DNA of 32,000 nt from an uncultured Alphaproteobacteria bacterium (GTDB lineage Bacteria; Pseudomonadota; Alphaproteobacteria; Rs-D84; CACZYB01). The stretch is from assembly GCA_934246625.1 (NCBI GenBank), contig CAKQHZ010000001.1:60001-92000 (forward strand), read 5' to 3'. Below are positions 1 to 11,118 of this stretch, piece after piece. The stretch's first letter is position 1; the number at the start of each line of letters is the position of its first letter. The translations under genes and the position numbers were made by a program. The notes beneath the pieces are model-generated. The model made no database searches. It was not told the DNA's origin and saw nothing but the letters and a program-made list of their open reading frames with translations.

Positions 1-513
1 ATTTCAGGTTTATCATCGTTTCTTCTTGAAAATTCTGTTGAACCACAATTATCACAAACACCATCTACCTTTGGACGATTAAATTCATCATGATAATTTT
101 TTCCACATTTTGCACATGTAAAACGACCTGAAATTCGACGAATTGTTTCTTCTTCGGTTACTGTTATCAAAACAGCCTTTGATAATTCAATATTAAAATA
201 TGATAATGTATCTTGAAGAGCATAAACTTGATTTATTGTTCTTGGATATCCATCAAGAATAAACCCCTTTGATAAATCAAGTGTTGATAATTTTTCCTTT
301 ACAATTTCATTTGTAATTGCATCAGGAACCAAGAATCCATTATCAATTAAATTTTTTACCTTAATACCAAGTTCTGTTTCTGATGAAATAGCATCACGAA
401 AAATTTGACCAGTTGAAAGGTGATACATTCCATACTTTTCACAAAGTATTTGTGCTTGTGTGCCCTTTCCAGCTGCGATTGGTCCAATAAATGTAAAGAA
501 TTTGTTTTTCATA
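1..513 (-). CDS. adk: Adenylate kinase (partial; C-terminus lies beyond window start)
   Basis: Reverse translation from ATG at 511-513 gives MKNKFFTFIGPIAAGKGTQAQILCEKYGMYHLSTGQIFRD... with the P-loop GxxGxGKGT. A Cys4 lid is present (CAKCGKNYH...CDNCG). The frame stays open to base 1. Sits directly downstream of secY. Not in the ORF track because no stop codon falls in the window. Confidence 0.9.
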
Positions 514-516
514 ATT

Positions 517-1869
517 TTACCTTACAAATCTTCTTTTTACTTTGTTTGAATTTTTTATAATTCCCTGATATTGACCAGAAATTAAGTATGATTGCACTTG
601 AGCAACTGTTTCTGTAATAACATTACATACAATCAACAAAGTTGTTCCGCCCAAATAAAATGGAACATTAAATTTATTGATTAAGAAATCAGGAAGCAAG
701 CATAATACAACCAAATAAATAGAACCTACTACTGTTATTCTTGTCAATACATAATCAAGATATTCAGCAGTTGCCTTACCTGGACGAATACCAGGAATAA
801 AACTTCCATAAGTTTTTAGGTTTTCCGCAGTTTCTTCTGGATTAAATTGTATTGCTGTATAGAAGAAAGAGAAGAATATTATCAATCCAGCATAAATAAT
901 AAAGTATACTGAAGATTGTCTATTCAAATGTGTAGCAATAAATTGCAACCATTCTGGTGATTTATCAGAAATAAATGAAGTTAACATTGCAGGAATTGCA
1001 AGAAGTGAACCCGCAAAGATAGGAGGAATTACTCCCGCTGTATTCAACTTTAATGGCAAATGAGAAGAATTAGATTGTCCACCCATACCCATTGTTTGTT
1101 TTGGATAATGGATTAAAATTCTTCTTTGTGCTTGTTCCATAAACACAACAAACAAAACAACAGCTACTAATAAAGCACCCAATATCAACATAACCAAAGG
1201 TTGTATTTGACCAACTTTACCAAGTTCTATTGTTTTTACTATTGCAGATGGAAGGTTAGCAATGATACCTATAAAGATTATAAGTGAAGAACCTTGACCA
1301 ATACCATGTGATGTAATTTGTTCACCCATCCACATAACAAGCATAGTTCCGCCAAGAAGACTTACTATTGTTGAAAACTTAAAAAATGCACCTGGAATAA
1401 TAACAGCAGAAACGCCATCAGTTCCAGCCAAATGTTCAAGTCCAACTGAAATACCATAAGCCTGAATTATACAAATCAAAACAGTTAAATAACGAGTATA
1501 TTGGTTCATTTTTTCACGGCCACTTTCGCCTTCTTTTTTTAATTCCATCAAAGAAGGTGTAATTGTTGCCATCAAAGAAATGATAATAGAAGCTGAAATA
1601 TATGGCATAATGTTTAATGCAAAAATTGTCATTCTTGATAAAGAACCACCTGTGAATACATCAAACATACTTAAAATACCACCATTTGATTGACTATCAA
1701 AAAAGCTCTTAACAATAGAAGCATCTACACCAGGAAGTGGAATAAATGACCCTAATCTATATAAAATAAGAATAAAAAGTGTAAATAAAATTCTACGCTT
1801 TAAATCTTTTGCCTTTTTAAAATCATCAAAAGTAATATTTGATGCTAATTTTTCAGCCAATGAAACCAT
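517..1869 (-). CDS. secY: Preprotein translocase subunit SecY
   Basis: 450-aa polytopic membrane ORF. RILFTLFILILYRLGSFIPLPGVD and GGTMLVMWMGEQITSHGIGQGSSLIIF are classic SecY signatures. Located after rplO. Confidence 0.97.
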   Translation of the reverse strand: MVSLAEKLASNITFDDFKKAKDLKRRILFTLFILILYRLGSFIPLPGVDASIVKSFFDSQSNGGILSMFDVFTGGSLSRMTIFALNIMPYISASIIISLMATITPSLMELKKEGESGREKMNQYTRYLTVLICIIQAYGISVGLEHLAGTDGVSAVIIPGAFFKFSTIVSLLGGTMLVMWMGEQITSHGIGQGSSLIIFIGIIANLPSAIVKTIELGKVGQIQPLVMLILGALLVAVVLFVVFMEQAQRRILIHYPKQTMGMGGQSNSSHLPLKLNTAGVIPPIFAGSLLAIPAMLTSFISDKSPEWLQFIATHLNRQSSVYFIIYAGLIIFFSFFYTAIQFNPEETAENLKTYGSFIPGIRPGKATAEYLDYVLTRITVVGSIYLVVLCLLPDFLINKFNVPFYLGGTTLLIVCNVITETVAQVQSYLISGQYQGIIKNSNKVKRRFVR

Positions 1870-1879
1870 AAGCTACCCC

Positions 1880-2431
1880 TTATTTTGCAGACTTTTTAGC
1901 TATCTTTTTTGCAATTCTTGTTTGTTTTTCTTTTGCTTCTTCTTTTGTTTTTTTAGCTTTTGGAGCTTCTTTTGCAAGAGAAACAACTGAACCACCAACT
2001 TTTTCAATAGCTTCTTTTGCCTTTGCAGAAAAAGCAACAGCTTCTACTTTGATTGATGATTTAAGTTCACCTTTAGCTAAAACTTTTAAGCCATCTTTTA
2101 CATTGCTGATAACATTTAAAGATTTTAAAATTTCAGCATTAACTGTATCTTTTACAAGTTTAGCATCAATTAAAGATTGAATATCACCAAGGTTAATAAC
2201 TGCATAAGTTTTTGTAAATACAGAGTTATTAAAACCACGTTTTGGCAATCTTCTGAAAATAGGTGTTTGTCCACCTTCAAATCCGATACCTTTAATTGAA
2301 ACACCTGAACGAGATTTTTGACCTTTGTTTCCACGTCCAGCAGTTTTACCTTTACCTGAGCCAATACCACGACCAACTCTTGTTAAAGATTTTTTAGCAC
2401 CTTTGTTATCTCTTATTGTATTTAGTTGCAT
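1880..2431 (-). CDS. rplO: 50S ribosomal protein L15
   Basis: N-terminus LTRVGRGIGSGKGKTAGRGNKGQKSRSG is the L15 signature. Position between rpmD and secY. Carries a long K/A/E-rich C-terminal tail. Confidence 0.95.
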   Translation of the reverse strand: MQLNTIRDNKGAKKSLTRVGRGIGSGKGKTAGRGNKGQKSRSGVSIKGIGFEGGQTPIFRRLPKRGFNNSVFTKTYAVINLGDIQSLIDAKLVKDTVNAEILKSLNVISNVKDGLKVLAKGELKSSIKVEAVAFSAKAKEAIEKVGGSVVSLAKEAPKAKKTKEEAKEKQTRIAKKIAKKSAK

Positions 2432-2443
2432 TTTTCTTACCTA

Positions 2444-2635
2444 TTATTCTTCTATTACTTTTACTAAATGTGATACTTTTTTAATCATACCCCTTACTTC
2501 TGGAGTATCCAATAAAACTTTTTCACGACCGATTTTGCCAAGTCCAAGTCCCTTTAATGTATCCATTTGGGATTTAACTCTACCAAAACCACTTGCGATT
2601 TGTTTTACAGTTATTGTTTTTTTTGTATTTGCCAT
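2444..2635 (-). CDS. rpmD: 50S ribosomal protein L30
   Basis: 63 aa containing [30 protein letters not shown]. Conserved position between rpsE and rplO. Confidence 0.93.
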   Translation of the reverse strand: MANTKKTITVKQIASGFGRVKSQMDTLKGLGLGKIGREKVLLDTPEVRGMIKKVSHLVKVIEE

Positions 2636-2651
2636 TTAAATCACCCTTTTA

Positions 2652-3227
2652 TTAGCCTTCTGCTTCTTCAGATACTTCTGTGTTAATATTTCCACCTACT
2701 TTTAAATCACGACGACCAACGATTTCGCCAATTTTAAGGCCTCTTCTGTTAGCTACCAATTTTGGTGAAGAAAGTTCTTCAAAAGCCTTGAAAGTAGCTT
2801 TTAACATATTATGAGGATTTGATGAACCTTGAGATTTAGAAACTATATCTTGAATACCTAAAACTTCAAATATAGCACGCATAGGACCACCAGCAATAAT
2901 ACCTGTACCAGATGGAGCTGAACGAAGAATAACTTTACCAGAACCAAATCTTGTAACAACATCGTGATGGATAGTTCTTCCTTCTTTTAAAGGAACACGA
3001 ATCATATTACGTTTTGCTTGTTCTGTTGCTTTTCTTACAGCATCTGGAACTTCTTTTGCTTTACCTGTTCCATAACCGATACGACCTTTTCCATCACCAA
3101 CAACAACGATTGCAGCGAGTGAGAAATTTTTACCACCCTTTACAACTTTTGTTACACGATTAACATGGATAAGTCTATCTACTAAACCTTCATCTTTTTC
3201 TTTTACTTTTGTTTTAGGATTTACCAT
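2652..3227 (-). CDS. rpsE: 30S ribosomal protein S5
   Basis: [50 protein letters not shown] is the S5 signature. spc-cluster position. Confidence 0.96.
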   Translation of the reverse strand: MVNPKTKVKEKDEGLVDRLIHVNRVTKVVKGGKNFSLAAIVVVGDGKGRIGYGTGKAKEVPDAVRKATEQAKRNMIRVPLKEGRTIHHDVVTRFGSGKVILRSAPSGTGIIAGGPMRAIFEVLGIQDIVSKSQGSSNPHNMLKATFKAFEELSSPKLVANRRGLKIGEIVGRRDLKVGGNINTEVSEEAEG

Positions 3228-3251
3228 TTTTATTTTTCCCTACATTTACAA

Positions 3252-3611
3252 TTAAAAATTAAGTCCGCCTTTTCTTGCACCTTCTGCTAATGCTTTTACT
3301 CTACCATGATAATAATATTCACCACGATCGAATACAACATCTTTTATATTTTTAGCAAGTGCAAGTTTAGCAATTGTTTCACCAACTGTTGTTGCAGCTT
3401 CAATATTCCAAGTTTTTGAACCTGTAAAATCTTTACTTTTTGTTGAAAATGCACAAACAGTTTCACCTTTTATGTCATCAATAATTTGAGCATAAATATG
3501 GGTTGTTGAACGATAAACAGATAATCTTGGTCTGTTTGATTTATTGGTTTCTTTAAGATTCCATCTGTTTCTTTCTTTTCTTTTCAAAGATATTTTTGAT
3601 AATCTATCCAT
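3252..3611 (-). CDS. rplR: 50S ribosomal protein L18
   Basis: [20 protein letters not shown] ... [17 protein letters not shown]. spc-cluster position. Confidence 0.95.
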   Translation of the reverse strand: MDRLSKISLKRKERNRWNLKETNKSNRPRLSVYRSTTHIYAQIIDDIKGETVCAFSTKSKDFTGSKTWNIEAATTVGETIAKLALAKNIKDVVFDRGEYYYHGRVKALAEGARKGGLNF

Positions 3612-3631
3612 TTTTTAACCCTTTTTATTTA

Positions 3632-4168
3632 TTATTTCTTTTTACCTTCTTTTCTACGTACATATTCATCTTTGTACTTTACACCTTTACCCTTGTAAGG
3701 TTCTGGAACACGGAAAGCACGAATTTCAGAAGCTGTAAGGCCAAGTAATTCTTTGTTTGCAGAAGTCAATTTAATTTCTGTAGGTGATACGATTTCTGCT
3801 TTTACACCTGCAGGAACATTATATTCTACATTGTGAGAAAAACCAAGAACTAAATCTAATGTTGAACCTTTTAAAGCAGCTTTAAAACCAACACCTTTTA
3901 ATTCTAATGATTTTGTAAAGCCAACACCTGCTCCAATAATTGCATTATTGATAAGAGCACGGATTGTTCCCCACATCATACGAGAATTTTTATCTTCTGT
4001 ATTTTTTGCTGATACAACAACTTTATTATCTTCTACTTTTACATCAATAAGAGGTGAAAGATTAACTTTAACTTCGCCAACCTTACCTTTTGCTATAAGA
4101 GATGAATCTTTTAATTCTACAGAAACACCTTCTATTATTTCTACTGGATGTTTTCCAACTCTTGACAT
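3632..4168 (-). CDS. rplF: 50S ribosomal protein L6
   Basis: MSRVGKHPVEI ... PEPYKGKGVKYKDEYVRRKEGKK. spc-cluster position. Confidence 0.96.
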   Translation of the reverse strand: MSRVGKHPVEIIEGVSVELKDSSLIAKGKVGEVKVNLSPLIDVKVEDNKVVVSAKNTEDKNSRMMWGTIRALINNAIIGAGVGFTKSLELKGVGFKAALKGSTLDLVLGFSHNVEYNVPAGVKAEIVSPTEIKLTSANKELLGLTASEIRAFRVPEPYKGKGVKYKDEYVRRKEGKKK

Positions 4169-4200
4169 TTTAATTTCCTTTTTTCATTCTTTTATTATTA

Positions 4201-4599
4201 TTAGAATACATAGCACAAAAGTTCGCCACCAACATTTCTTTTTCTTGCTTCGTAATCTGCAAGAACACCTTGAGATGTTGAAAGAATTGCGATACCTAAT
4301 CCATTTTTAACCTTTGGAATGTCAGTTGCTTTTGAATAAGAACGACGTCCTGGAGTTGATACTCTTTTAATTTCTTTTATAGCACCAACACCTTCAAAAT
4401 ATTTAAGATCAATTCTTAATTCACGAACACCTGGTCTTATTTCTGAAGATTCAAAACCTTTGATAAAACCTTCGTTTTTAAGAACTTCTAAAACACCTTG
4501 TCTTAATAAAGAATCTGGACATTTTACAGAAGCAAGTCCTGCATTTTGACCATTTCTGATTCTTGTAATCATATCTCCAATTGTATCTGAAAAACTCAT
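4201..4599 (-). CDS. rpsH: 30S ribosomal protein S8
   Basis: DTIGDMITRIRNGQNA ... GIAILSTSQGVLADYEARKRNVGGELLCYVF. Confidence 0.96.
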   Translation of the reverse strand: MSFSDTIGDMITRIRNGQNAGLASVKCPDSLLRQGVLEVLKNEGFIKGFESSEIRPGVRELRIDLKYFEGVGAIKEIKRVSTPGRRSYSKATDIPKVKNGLGIAILSTSQGVLADYEARKRNVGGELLCYVF

Positions 4600-4626
4600 T
4601 TTTATACCTTTTCGTTTAGTTTTATA

Positions 4627-4932
4627 TTACCAACTTGACTTTCTTACACCTGGAAGTTTTCCTTCGTTTGCAAGTTCACGAATTGCAATACGATTTAGGT
4701 CAAACTTTCTGTAATAACCTCTTGGACGTCCGCTTAGAGCGCATCTATTTCTAACGCGAACAGGTGCAGAATTTCTTGGAAGTTTTGCAAGTTTAAGAGT
4801 TGCTTCAAAAATATCTTCAGGATTAGCATTTCTATTTCTTGCAATATCAAGAAGTTTTTGTCTTTTATTAGATAAACTTTTTGACATTCTTATTCTTTTT
4901 TTATTTCTTTCAATTAAACTTACTTTTGACAT
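4627..4932 (-). CDS. rpsN: 30S ribosomal protein S14 (long, non-zinc form)
   Basis: 101 aa. [43 protein letters not shown] at the C-terminus. Confidence 0.95.
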   Translation of the reverse strand: MSKVSLIERNKKRIRMSKSLSNKRQKLLDIARNRNANPEDIFEATLKLAKLPRNSAPVRVRNRCALSGRPRGYYRKFDLNRIAIRELANEGKLPGVRKSSW

Positions 4933-4947
4933 TATACAATATCCTTT

Positions 4948-5490
4948 CTAGTTATAAAATGGGAAGTTAAAGGCTGCAAGTAAAGCCTTTGCTTCTTTAT
5001 CAGTTTTTGCTGTTGTACATACTGTAATATCCATACCACGAATATTATCAATTTTATCAAAATCAATTTCTGGGAAAATGATTTGTTCTTTGATACCAAA
5101 AGAATAATTTCCTTTACCATCAAAAGATTTTCCATTTATACCACGGAAATCGCGAATTCTTGGCATAGCAACATTTATAAGTCTATCTAAGAAATCATAC
5201 ATTCTGTCTTTTCTTAAAGTTACTTTACAACCAATATGCATACCTTCTTTAAGTTTGAAGTTAGCAAGAGATTTTTTTGCCTTTGTTATAACAACTTTTT
5301 GACCTGCGATTGCTGTCATATCCTTTACAGCAGCTTCAAGTTTCTTTTTATCTGTTGCTGCTTCACCAACGCCCATATTTAAAACGATTTTTTCGAGCTT
5401 TGGAATTTCCATTTCATTTGTAAGACCAAGTTGTTTTTTTAACTCAGCTCTTATTTTTGTATCATATAATTCTTTTAATCTACTTGCCAT
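4948..5490 (-). CDS. rplE: 50S ribosomal protein L5
   Basis: [41 protein letters not shown] ... [21 protein letters not shown]. Confidence 0.96.
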   Translation of the reverse strand: MASRLKELYDTKIRAELKKQLGLTNEMEIPKLEKIVLNMGVGEAATDKKKLEAAVKDMTAIAGQKVVITKAKKSLANFKLKEGMHIGCKVTLRKDRMYDFLDRLINVAMPRIRDFRGINGKSFDGKGNYSFGIKEQIIFPEIDFDKIDNIRGMDITVCTTAKTDKEAKALLAAFNFPFYN

Positions 5491-5507
5491 TTTTTTAACC
5501 TTTTAGT

Positions 5508-5825
5508 TTATATAGTTTCACCACTTTTTTTTGCAAATCTTACTTTTTTTCCATCTTTTGTTGTTTTAAAGCCAACTTTTGTTGCCTTTCCAGATTTTGG
5601 ATCAACAAGAGATACATTTGAAACATCTATTGGTAAATTTTTTGTTACAATACCAGCTTTATTACCCATAGCATCTGCCTTTTGATGTCTTTGAACTTGG
5701 TTAACACCAGTTACAACAACCTTATTTTCCTTTGGCATTGCTTTAATAACTTTACCAGTTTTACCCTTATCTTTACCAGCTATAACGATAACATCATCAT
5801 TTTTCTTAATTTTCATTTTAGCCAT
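5508..5825 (-). CDS. rplX: 50S ribosomal protein L24
   Basis: KOW motif [38 protein letters not shown]. Confidence 0.95.
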   Translation of the reverse strand: MAKMKIKKNDDVIVIAGKDKGKTGKVIKAMPKENKVVVTGVNQVQRHQKADAMGNKAGIVTKNLPIDVSNVSLVDPKSGKATKVGFKTTKDGKKVRFAKKSGETI

Positions 5826-5840
5826 AATAACACTCCTTAT

Positions 5841-6209
5841 TTATAATACTTCTGGTGCAAGTGAAATAATTTTCATAAAATCTTTTGCACGTAATTCACG
5901 AGCTACTGGGCCAAAGATACGGGTTCCAATAGGTTCTTTGTTAGCATTTATAAGAACGGCTGCATTAGAATCAAATCTGATAATGCTACCATCTGCTCTT
6001 TTTATATCTTTTTTAGTTCTTACGATAACAGCTTTATAAACTTTACCTTTTTGAACTTTACCTTTTGGCATTGCTTCTTTTACTGAAACAACAATAATAT
6101 CACCAACACTAGCAGTTCTGATGTGTGAGCCACCAAGCACTTTAATACATTGGACTTTTTTTGCTCCACTGTTGTCTGCTGCGTCAAGAATAGATTGCAT
6201 TTGTATCAT
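5841..6209 (-). CDS. rplN: 50S ribosomal protein L14
   Basis: [28 protein letters not shown] ... [10 protein letters not shown]. Confidence 0.97.
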   Translation of the reverse strand: MIQMQSILDAADNSGAKKVQCIKVLGGSHIRTASVGDIIVVSVKEAMPKGKVQKGKVYKAVIVRTKKDIKRADGSIIRFDSNAAVLINANKEPIGTRIFGPVARELRAKDFMKIISLAPEVL

Positions 6210-6232
6210 TTTAAAATTCCTTACACGTTATA

Positions 6233-6475
6233 TTAATCTTTATTTTTTTCTGTGAAAACTTCCCAAGTTTTTGTTTTTGAAATTGGTTTAGTTTCACAAA
6301 TTTTAACTGTATCACCCTCTTTAATAGAAGAATCTATATTATGAGCATGATATTTTTTTGTTGTTCTTATAAACTTTTTATATAGAGGATGCATATATTT
6401 TCTTTCAACCTCTACTACTATGGTTTTATCCATTTTAGTACTAACTACAGTTCCTTCAAGTATTCTTCTTGGCAT
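6233..6475 (-). CDS. rpsQ: 30S ribosomal protein S17
   Basis: [43 protein letters not shown]. Confidence 0.95.
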   Translation of the reverse strand: MPRRILEGTVVSTKMDKTIVVEVERKYMHPLYKKFIRTTKKYHAHNIDSSIKEGDTVKICETKPISKTKTWEVFTEKNKD

Positions 6476-6487
6476 AATTTCACCCTC

Positions 6488-6703
6488 TTATTTTTTTGTT
6501 TTAGTTTCAACATTATTAGTTAAAAAACCTTTTAATGTTGCTATTGCTTTTTTTGTTTTTTTCAATGATGATGAATCTTTTAAATTACCTGTATTATGAG
6601 AGAATCTTAAATTCATCAATTCCTTTTTCAAATCTAAAACTTTAGATGAAATTTCTTCCTTTGAAGCAGTTCTTAATTTTAAAATATCTTTAGTATCTTT
6701 CAT
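6488..6703 (-). CDS. rpmC: 50S ribosomal protein L29
   Basis: 71 aa with LRTASKEEISSKVLDLKKELMNLRF. Conserved slot between rplP and rpsQ. Confidence 0.9.
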   Translation of the reverse strand: MKDTKDILKLRTASKEEISSKVLDLKKELMNLRFSHNTGNLKDSSSLKKTKKAIATLKGFLTNNVETKTKK

Positions 6704-6713
6704 AATTTCACCT

Positions 6714-7130
6714 TTATTCTACTTCTTTTCTAGTTACAAATTTTGTTTTTACAGGTAGTTTGAAAGCTGCAAGTGATAATGCTTCTCTTGCAATTTCCTC
6801 TGAAACACCGTCAAGTTCAAACATTATACGACCTGGTTTTACACGACATACCCAGTATTCAATAGCACCTTTACCTTTACCCATACGAACTTCAGCAGGT
6901 TTCTTTGAAACAGGAACATCAGGGAAAATTCTAATCCAAACACGACCTTGACGCTTCATAGCTCTTGTCATAGCACGACGAGCAGCTTCGATTTGTCTTG
7001 CTGTAACACGTTCTGGTGTTAAAGCTTTAAGGCCAAATGAACCGAAATCAAGTTCAGTTGCACCCTTTGATTCACCGTGGATTCTTCCTTTATGTGCTTT
7101 TTTAAATTTTGTTTTTTTAGGCATTAACAT
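6714..7130 (-). CDS. rplP: 50S ribosomal protein L16
   Basis: [19 protein letters not shown] ... [44 protein letters not shown]. Confidence 0.97.
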   Translation of the reverse strand: MLMPKKTKFKKAHKGRIHGESKGATELDFGSFGLKALTPERVTARQIEAARRAMTRAMKRQGRVWIRIFPDVPVSKKPAEVRMGKGKGAIEYWVCRVKPGRIMFELDGVSEEIAREALSLAAFKLPVKTKFVTRKEVE

Positions 7131-7157
7131 TTTAGTTCTTCCTTTACATTATTCTAA

Positions 7158-7847
7158 CTAGTTAGCAGCAACTTTATCTGTTGCAGTTGCACTTATTTTT
7201 CTATCAGATGCTAGAAGTTCTTTATTTACAACATCCCCCTTGTAAATCCAAACTCTTACACCAATTACACCATAAGTAGTTTCTGCTCTTGCATAGCCGT
7301 AATCTATATTTGCTCTTAAAGTATGGAGAGGAACACGACCTTCACGATACCATTCTTCACGAGCAATTTCAGCACCATTAAGACGGCCAGAGCAACTTAC
7401 TCTTATACCTTTTGCACCACTACGTAAAGCATTTTGAACAGCTTTTTTCATTGCTTTTTTGAAAGAAATACGTCTTTCAATTTGTGTTGCAATAGATTTT
7501 GCACAAATAACAGCGTCAACATCTGGTTTTCTTACTTCCATAATATTAACAGAAACTTCTGTTTTTGCAAGCTTTGTTAATGCTTTTTTTAAATTATCTA
7601 TATCAGCACCCTTTTTACCAATAATCATACCAGGTTGTGAAGAGAAGATAATTACATTAACTTTTTTAGCAACTCTTTCAATAATTACTTTACTGATGCT
7701 TGCTTTTTTAAGTTCTTTTTCAACATATTCACGAATTTTTAAATCTTCAAGTAATTGTGCAGAATAATTTTTATCAGCAAACCATCTTGAATCCCAAGTT
7801 TTATTTACAGTTAATCTTAAACCTACTGGATTTACCTTTTGTCCCAT
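7158..7847 (-). CDS. rpsC: 30S ribosomal protein S3
   Basis: [26 protein letters not shown] domain and C-terminal [30 protein letters not shown]. Confidence 0.97.
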   Translation of the reverse strand: MGQKVNPVGLRLTVNKTWDSRWFADKNYSAQLLEDLKIREYVEKELKKASISKVIIERVAKKVNVIIFSSQPGMIIGKKGADIDNLKKALTKLAKTEVSVNIMEVRKPDVDAVICAKSIATQIERRISFKKAMKKAVQNALRSGAKGIRVSCSGRLNGAEIAREEWYREGRVPLHTLRANIDYGYARAETTYGVIGVRVWIYKGDVVNKELLASDRKISATATDKVAAN

Positions 7848-8264
7848 TTATTTTGCCTCTTTTTTTTCTGTTTTTGACTTTTTTTCAACTTTTGCAGGTG
7901 CAATTCTTTCTGCAACTATAACAGTCATATTTGAAAAAGGTTTCAAAATAGCAGCACCACGACCACGAGCACGTGCATGGAAACGTTTCATAACTAAAGC
8001 CTTTCCAACATATGCTTCTTTAATAAACAATTTATCAATGTCTAACTTATAGTTATGTTCTGCATTGCTTACAGCTGAAATAACTAATTTTTTAACTTCA
8101 CCAGCAACTCTTTTTTTAGAAAAAGTAAGTTGTTCAATAGCTTTATTAGCAGAAAGACCACGTATTGATTCAGCCACAAGATTTAATTTTTGTGGTGAAG
8201 TTTTTACCATTCTTAAAAATGCTCTAGCTTCGTTTTCTTTTATTCCGTATCTTTTTTCAACCAT
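7848..8264 (-). CDS. rplV: 50S ribosomal protein L22
   Basis: [24 protein letters not shown] and [22 protein letters not shown]. Has a K/E-rich C-terminal extension. Confidence 0.95.
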   Translation of the reverse strand: MVEKRYGIKENEARAFLRMVKTSPQKLNLVAESIRGLSANKAIEQLTFSKKRVAGEVKKLVISAVSNAEHNYKLDIDKLFIKEAYVGKALVMKRFHARARGRGAAILKPFSNMTVIVAERIAPAKVEKKSKTEKKEAK

Positions 8265-8275
8265 TTTTTATCCTC

Positions 8276-8557
8276 TTATTTGTCTGCCTTTTTATCAGCT
8301 TCTTTTTTATGACCCTTGTATGTTCTAGTTAAAGAAAATTCACCAAGTTTATGACCAATCATTTCTTCTGATACAAGAACAGGAACAAACTTGTTGCCGT
8401 TATGAACAGCGAAAGTAAGACCAACCATTTGAGGTAGGATTGTTGAAGATCTTGACCAAGTTTTTATTGGTTTTCTATCATTTTTTTCATTAGCCAATTC
8501 TACTTTTTTAAGTAGAGAAGGATGTATATATGGGCCTTTCCAAACAGATCTTGTCAT
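8276..8557 (-). CDS. rpsS: 30S ribosomal protein S19
   Basis: [19 protein letters not shown] ... [38 protein letters not shown]. Confidence 0.97.
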   Translation of the reverse strand: MTRSVWKGPYIHPSLLKKVELANEKNDRKPIKTWSRSSTILPQMVGLTFAVHNGNKFVPVLVSEEMIGHKLGEFSLTRTYKGHKKEADKKADK

Positions 8558-8569
8558 TTTTAATTATCC

Positions 8570-9403
8570 TTATTTCTTTTTATTTACATATCTACTTTTT
8601 ACAATAAATTTATCTGTAAATTTATTCTTTCTTGTTCTATAACCCTTAGCTGGAACACCTGTAGGTGAAACTGGGTGTTTACCGAAGTTTCTACCTTCAC
8701 CACCACCATGTGGGTGATCAACTGGGTTCATAGCAGTTCCACGAACATGTGGACGACGGCCTAACCAAGAAGTTCTACCAGCTTTACCAAGATTTACGTT
8801 TCTTTGATCAGGATTTGAAATAGCACCAATTGTTGCATAACATTCTGCACTTACAAGTCTTAATTCACCTGAGTTAAGTTTGATTTGTGCAAATCCTGCA
8901 TCTTTACCAGCAAGTTGAGCATAACAACCAGCAGATCTTGCAAGTTGTCCACCACGACCAGCTTTTATTTCAACATTGTGAATAATTGTACCCATTGGAA
9001 TATTTTTTAAAGGAAGAGCATTTCCAACTTGGATATCTACATTTTCACCAGCTATAACTTTTGCACCAACTGCTAATCTTTGAGGAGCTAAGATATAAGC
9101 CTTTTCACCATCTTCATAAGTGATAAGAGCAATAAATGCAGTTCTGTTTGGATCATATTCGATTCTATCAACAGTTGCAAACATATCTCTTTTATCACGT
9201 TTGAAATCAACAAATCTATATCTTTGTTTGTGTCCACCACCGATATTGCGATTTGTTTGATGACCGATGTTGTTTCTTCCACCAGTTTTTCTTTTACCTT
9301 CTGTTAATTTTTTAAAAGGTTTTCCTTTATATAACTCACTTTTATCAACCAAAGTTAATTGTCTTTGAGAAGGAGTTGTTGGATTAAATAATTTTAAAGC
9401 CAT
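8570..9403 (-). CDS. rplB: 50S ribosomal protein L2
   Basis: [34 protein letters not shown] and [14 protein letters not shown] signatures. Confidence 0.98.
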   Translation of the reverse strand: MALKLFNPTTPSQRQLTLVDKSELYKGKPFKKLTEGKRKTGGRNNIGHQTNRNIGGGHKQRYRFVDFKRDKRDMFATVDRIEYDPNRTAFIALITYEDGEKAYILAPQRLAVGAKVIAGENVDIQVGNALPLKNIPMGTIIHNVEIKAGRGGQLARSAGCYAQLAGKDAGFAQIKLNSGELRLVSAECYATIGAISNPDQRNVNLGKAGRTSWLGRRPHVRGTAMNPVDHPHGGGEGRNFGKHPVSPTGVPAKGYRTRKNKFTDKFIVKSRYVNKKK

Positions 9404-9417
9404 TTTTTCTTATCCTT

Positions 9418-9738
9418 TTATTTTGCACCTGCCATAATATCAATATTATGACCTTCTTCTAATGTTATATAAGCTTTCTTTACACTGCTTGTTGAACCCA
9501 TAATACCTTTAAATCTTTTTGTTTTACCAGGTTTTTTAGTAATATTTACGGATTTAACAACAACATTATAAACTTTTTCAACAGCATTTTTAATATCTGT
9601 TTTTGTTGCGTCAGGACGAACTGAGAAAACAATTTTACCTTGTTCAGCAACTAATGTTGTTTTTTCTGTAATGATAGGTTTTAAAAGTATATCATACATT
9701 TTTTCATTTAATTTTATGTCTTTTTTCTTTTCTACCAT
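9418..9738 (-). CDS. rplW: 50S ribosomal protein L23
   Basis: YDILLKPIITEKTT ... TKTDIKNAVEKVYNVVVKSVNI. Slot between rplD and rplB. Confidence 0.93.
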   Translation of the reverse strand: MVEKKKDIKLNEKMYDILLKPIITEKTTLVAEQGKIVFSVRPDATKTDIKNAVEKVYNVVVKSVNITKKPGKTKRFKGIMGSTSSVKKAYITLEEGHNIDIMAGAK

Positions 9739-9748
9739 TTTCGTTCCT

Positions 9749-10372
9749 TTACTTTACAAATCTTTTTGTTAAAGTTTCAACAGCATCTTTTGTAAGAACA
9801 AGAGTTTCATGATTTAAAATATCATAAACATTTGCACCACAAGAAGGAAGAGCATCAACTTTGATTAGATTTTTACAAGCAAGTGCAAAATTTGCATCAA
9901 CATTTTCACCAGCTATAAATAAAACTTTTTTCCAACCAAAAGCATCTAATTTTGCTTTTAATTCTTTTGTTTTTGCGTTTGCTAATTTTTCTGTATCAAT
10001 AACAACCAATTTTTTATCAGCTAATTTTGAAGACAAAGCCATTTTTAAACCCAAAGCTCTTACTTTTTTAAGTAAAGAAAAACCATGATCACGAACAACT
10101 GGTCCAAAAATTGTAGCACCACCACGCATTTGTGGAGAACGAAGTGAACCTTGTCTTGCACGACCAGTTCCCTTTTGAGCAAAAGGTTTTTTAGTTGTTC
10201 CGCTTACTTCTGAAATAACTTTTGTTGAATGTGTACCTGCTCTTCTTTTAGCAAGTTGCCAATTTACAACACGTGATAATATATCACCTCTTGGAGCTAT
10301 TTCAAAAACATCTTTTGAAAGTTCTATTGAACCTTGCACTTTATTATCTAATGAATAAACATCAACTTTCAT
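9749..10372 (-). CDS. rplD: 50S ribosomal protein L4
   Basis: VVNWQLAKRRAGTHSTKVISEVSGTTKKPFAQKGTGRARQGSLRSPQMRGGATIFGP. Confidence 0.95.
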   Translation of the reverse strand: MKVDVYSLDNKVQGSIELSKDVFEIAPRGDILSRVVNWQLAKRRAGTHSTKVISEVSGTTKKPFAQKGTGRARQGSLRSPQMRGGATIFGPVVRDHGFSLLKKVRALGLKMALSSKLADKKLVVIDTEKLANAKTKELKAKLDAFGWKKVLFIAGENVDANFALACKNLIKVDALPSCGANVYDILNHETLVLTKDAVETLTKRFVK

Positions 10373-10375
10373 TTT

Positions 10376-11110
10376 TTACTCCTTAATTTCTGATACATTA
10401 TCAGTATTTTCAACTTTTTCTTCTTTTACTGAAGATACAGATGATTTTACAACTGCTGGCATTGGAGCTTCTGCTGGTAATTTTGATTTTACAGCATCAG
10501 AAACATACACAACTGAACCAATTGAACCAGGAACAGCACCACGAACTAAAATATATCCGTTTTCGTCATCAGCTTCTACAACAAGAAGATTTTGAACTGT
10601 TACATTTACATCACCAAGATGTCCAGGCATTTTTTTACCTTTGAAAACTTTACCTGGGTCTTGTCTTTGACCAGTACCACCAAGTGAACGATGAGAAACT
10701 GAAACACCGTGAGATGCTTCCAAACCTCTAAAGTTCCATCTTTTCATACCACCAGCAAAACCTTTACCAATAGTTCTGCCAGAAACATCAACATATTGAC
10801 CTTTTACAAAAGTTGATGGAAGAATTTCATCACCAACATTTAATAAACAATCTTCTGATACACGGAATTCATGTATATCTTTTGATACTGCACCAGATTT
10901 TGCCAAATGTCCCTTTAATGGTTTTGATATTTTATTTTCTTTTGCAATACCTGCACCTAATTGAACAGATGTATATCCGTTTTTAGCTACAGTTTTAACA
11001 TCGATAACTTTACAATTATCAATTTTAAGCACAGTTACAGGAACATGCTTATTATTTTCATCAAATACGTGGGTCATACCCATTTTATATGCAATTACGC
11101 CAGTTCTCAT
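10376..11110 (-). CDS. rplC: 50S ribosomal protein L3
   Basis: MRTGVIAYKMGMTHVF ... GKGFAGGMKRWNFRGLEASHGVSVSHRSLGGTG. Has a C-terminal acidic/serine-rich extension. Confidence 0.96.
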   Translation of the reverse strand: MRTGVIAYKMGMTHVFDENNKHVPVTVLKIDNCKVIDVKTVAKNGYTSVQLGAGIAKENKISKPLKGHLAKSGAVSKDIHEFRVSEDCLLNVGDEILPSTFVKGQYVDVSGRTIGKGFAGGMKRWNFRGLEASHGVSVSHRSLGGTGQRQDPGKVFKGKKMPGHLGDVNVTVQNLLVVEADDENGYILVRGAVPGSIGSVVYVSDAVKSKLPAEAPMPAVVKSSVSSVKEEKVENTDNVSEIKE

Positions 11111-11118
11111 GATACCAC

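Noticed and set aside
2170-2639. Track ORFs 2170-2376(-) and 2325-2639(+) overlapping rplO/rpmD. Similar in-gene ORFs occur at 3948-4310, 4932-5135, 6760-6951, 7459-7767, 8065-8328, 9088-9282, 9861-10088, 10441-10644, 10961-11221, 11779-11982, 13340-13528 and 13742-13930.
   Set aside because: All lie inside, or antisense or out-of-frame to, unmistakable ribosomal protein or EF-G genes. They have low-complexity translations and no RBS. They are typical spurious ORFs of AT-rich DNA.
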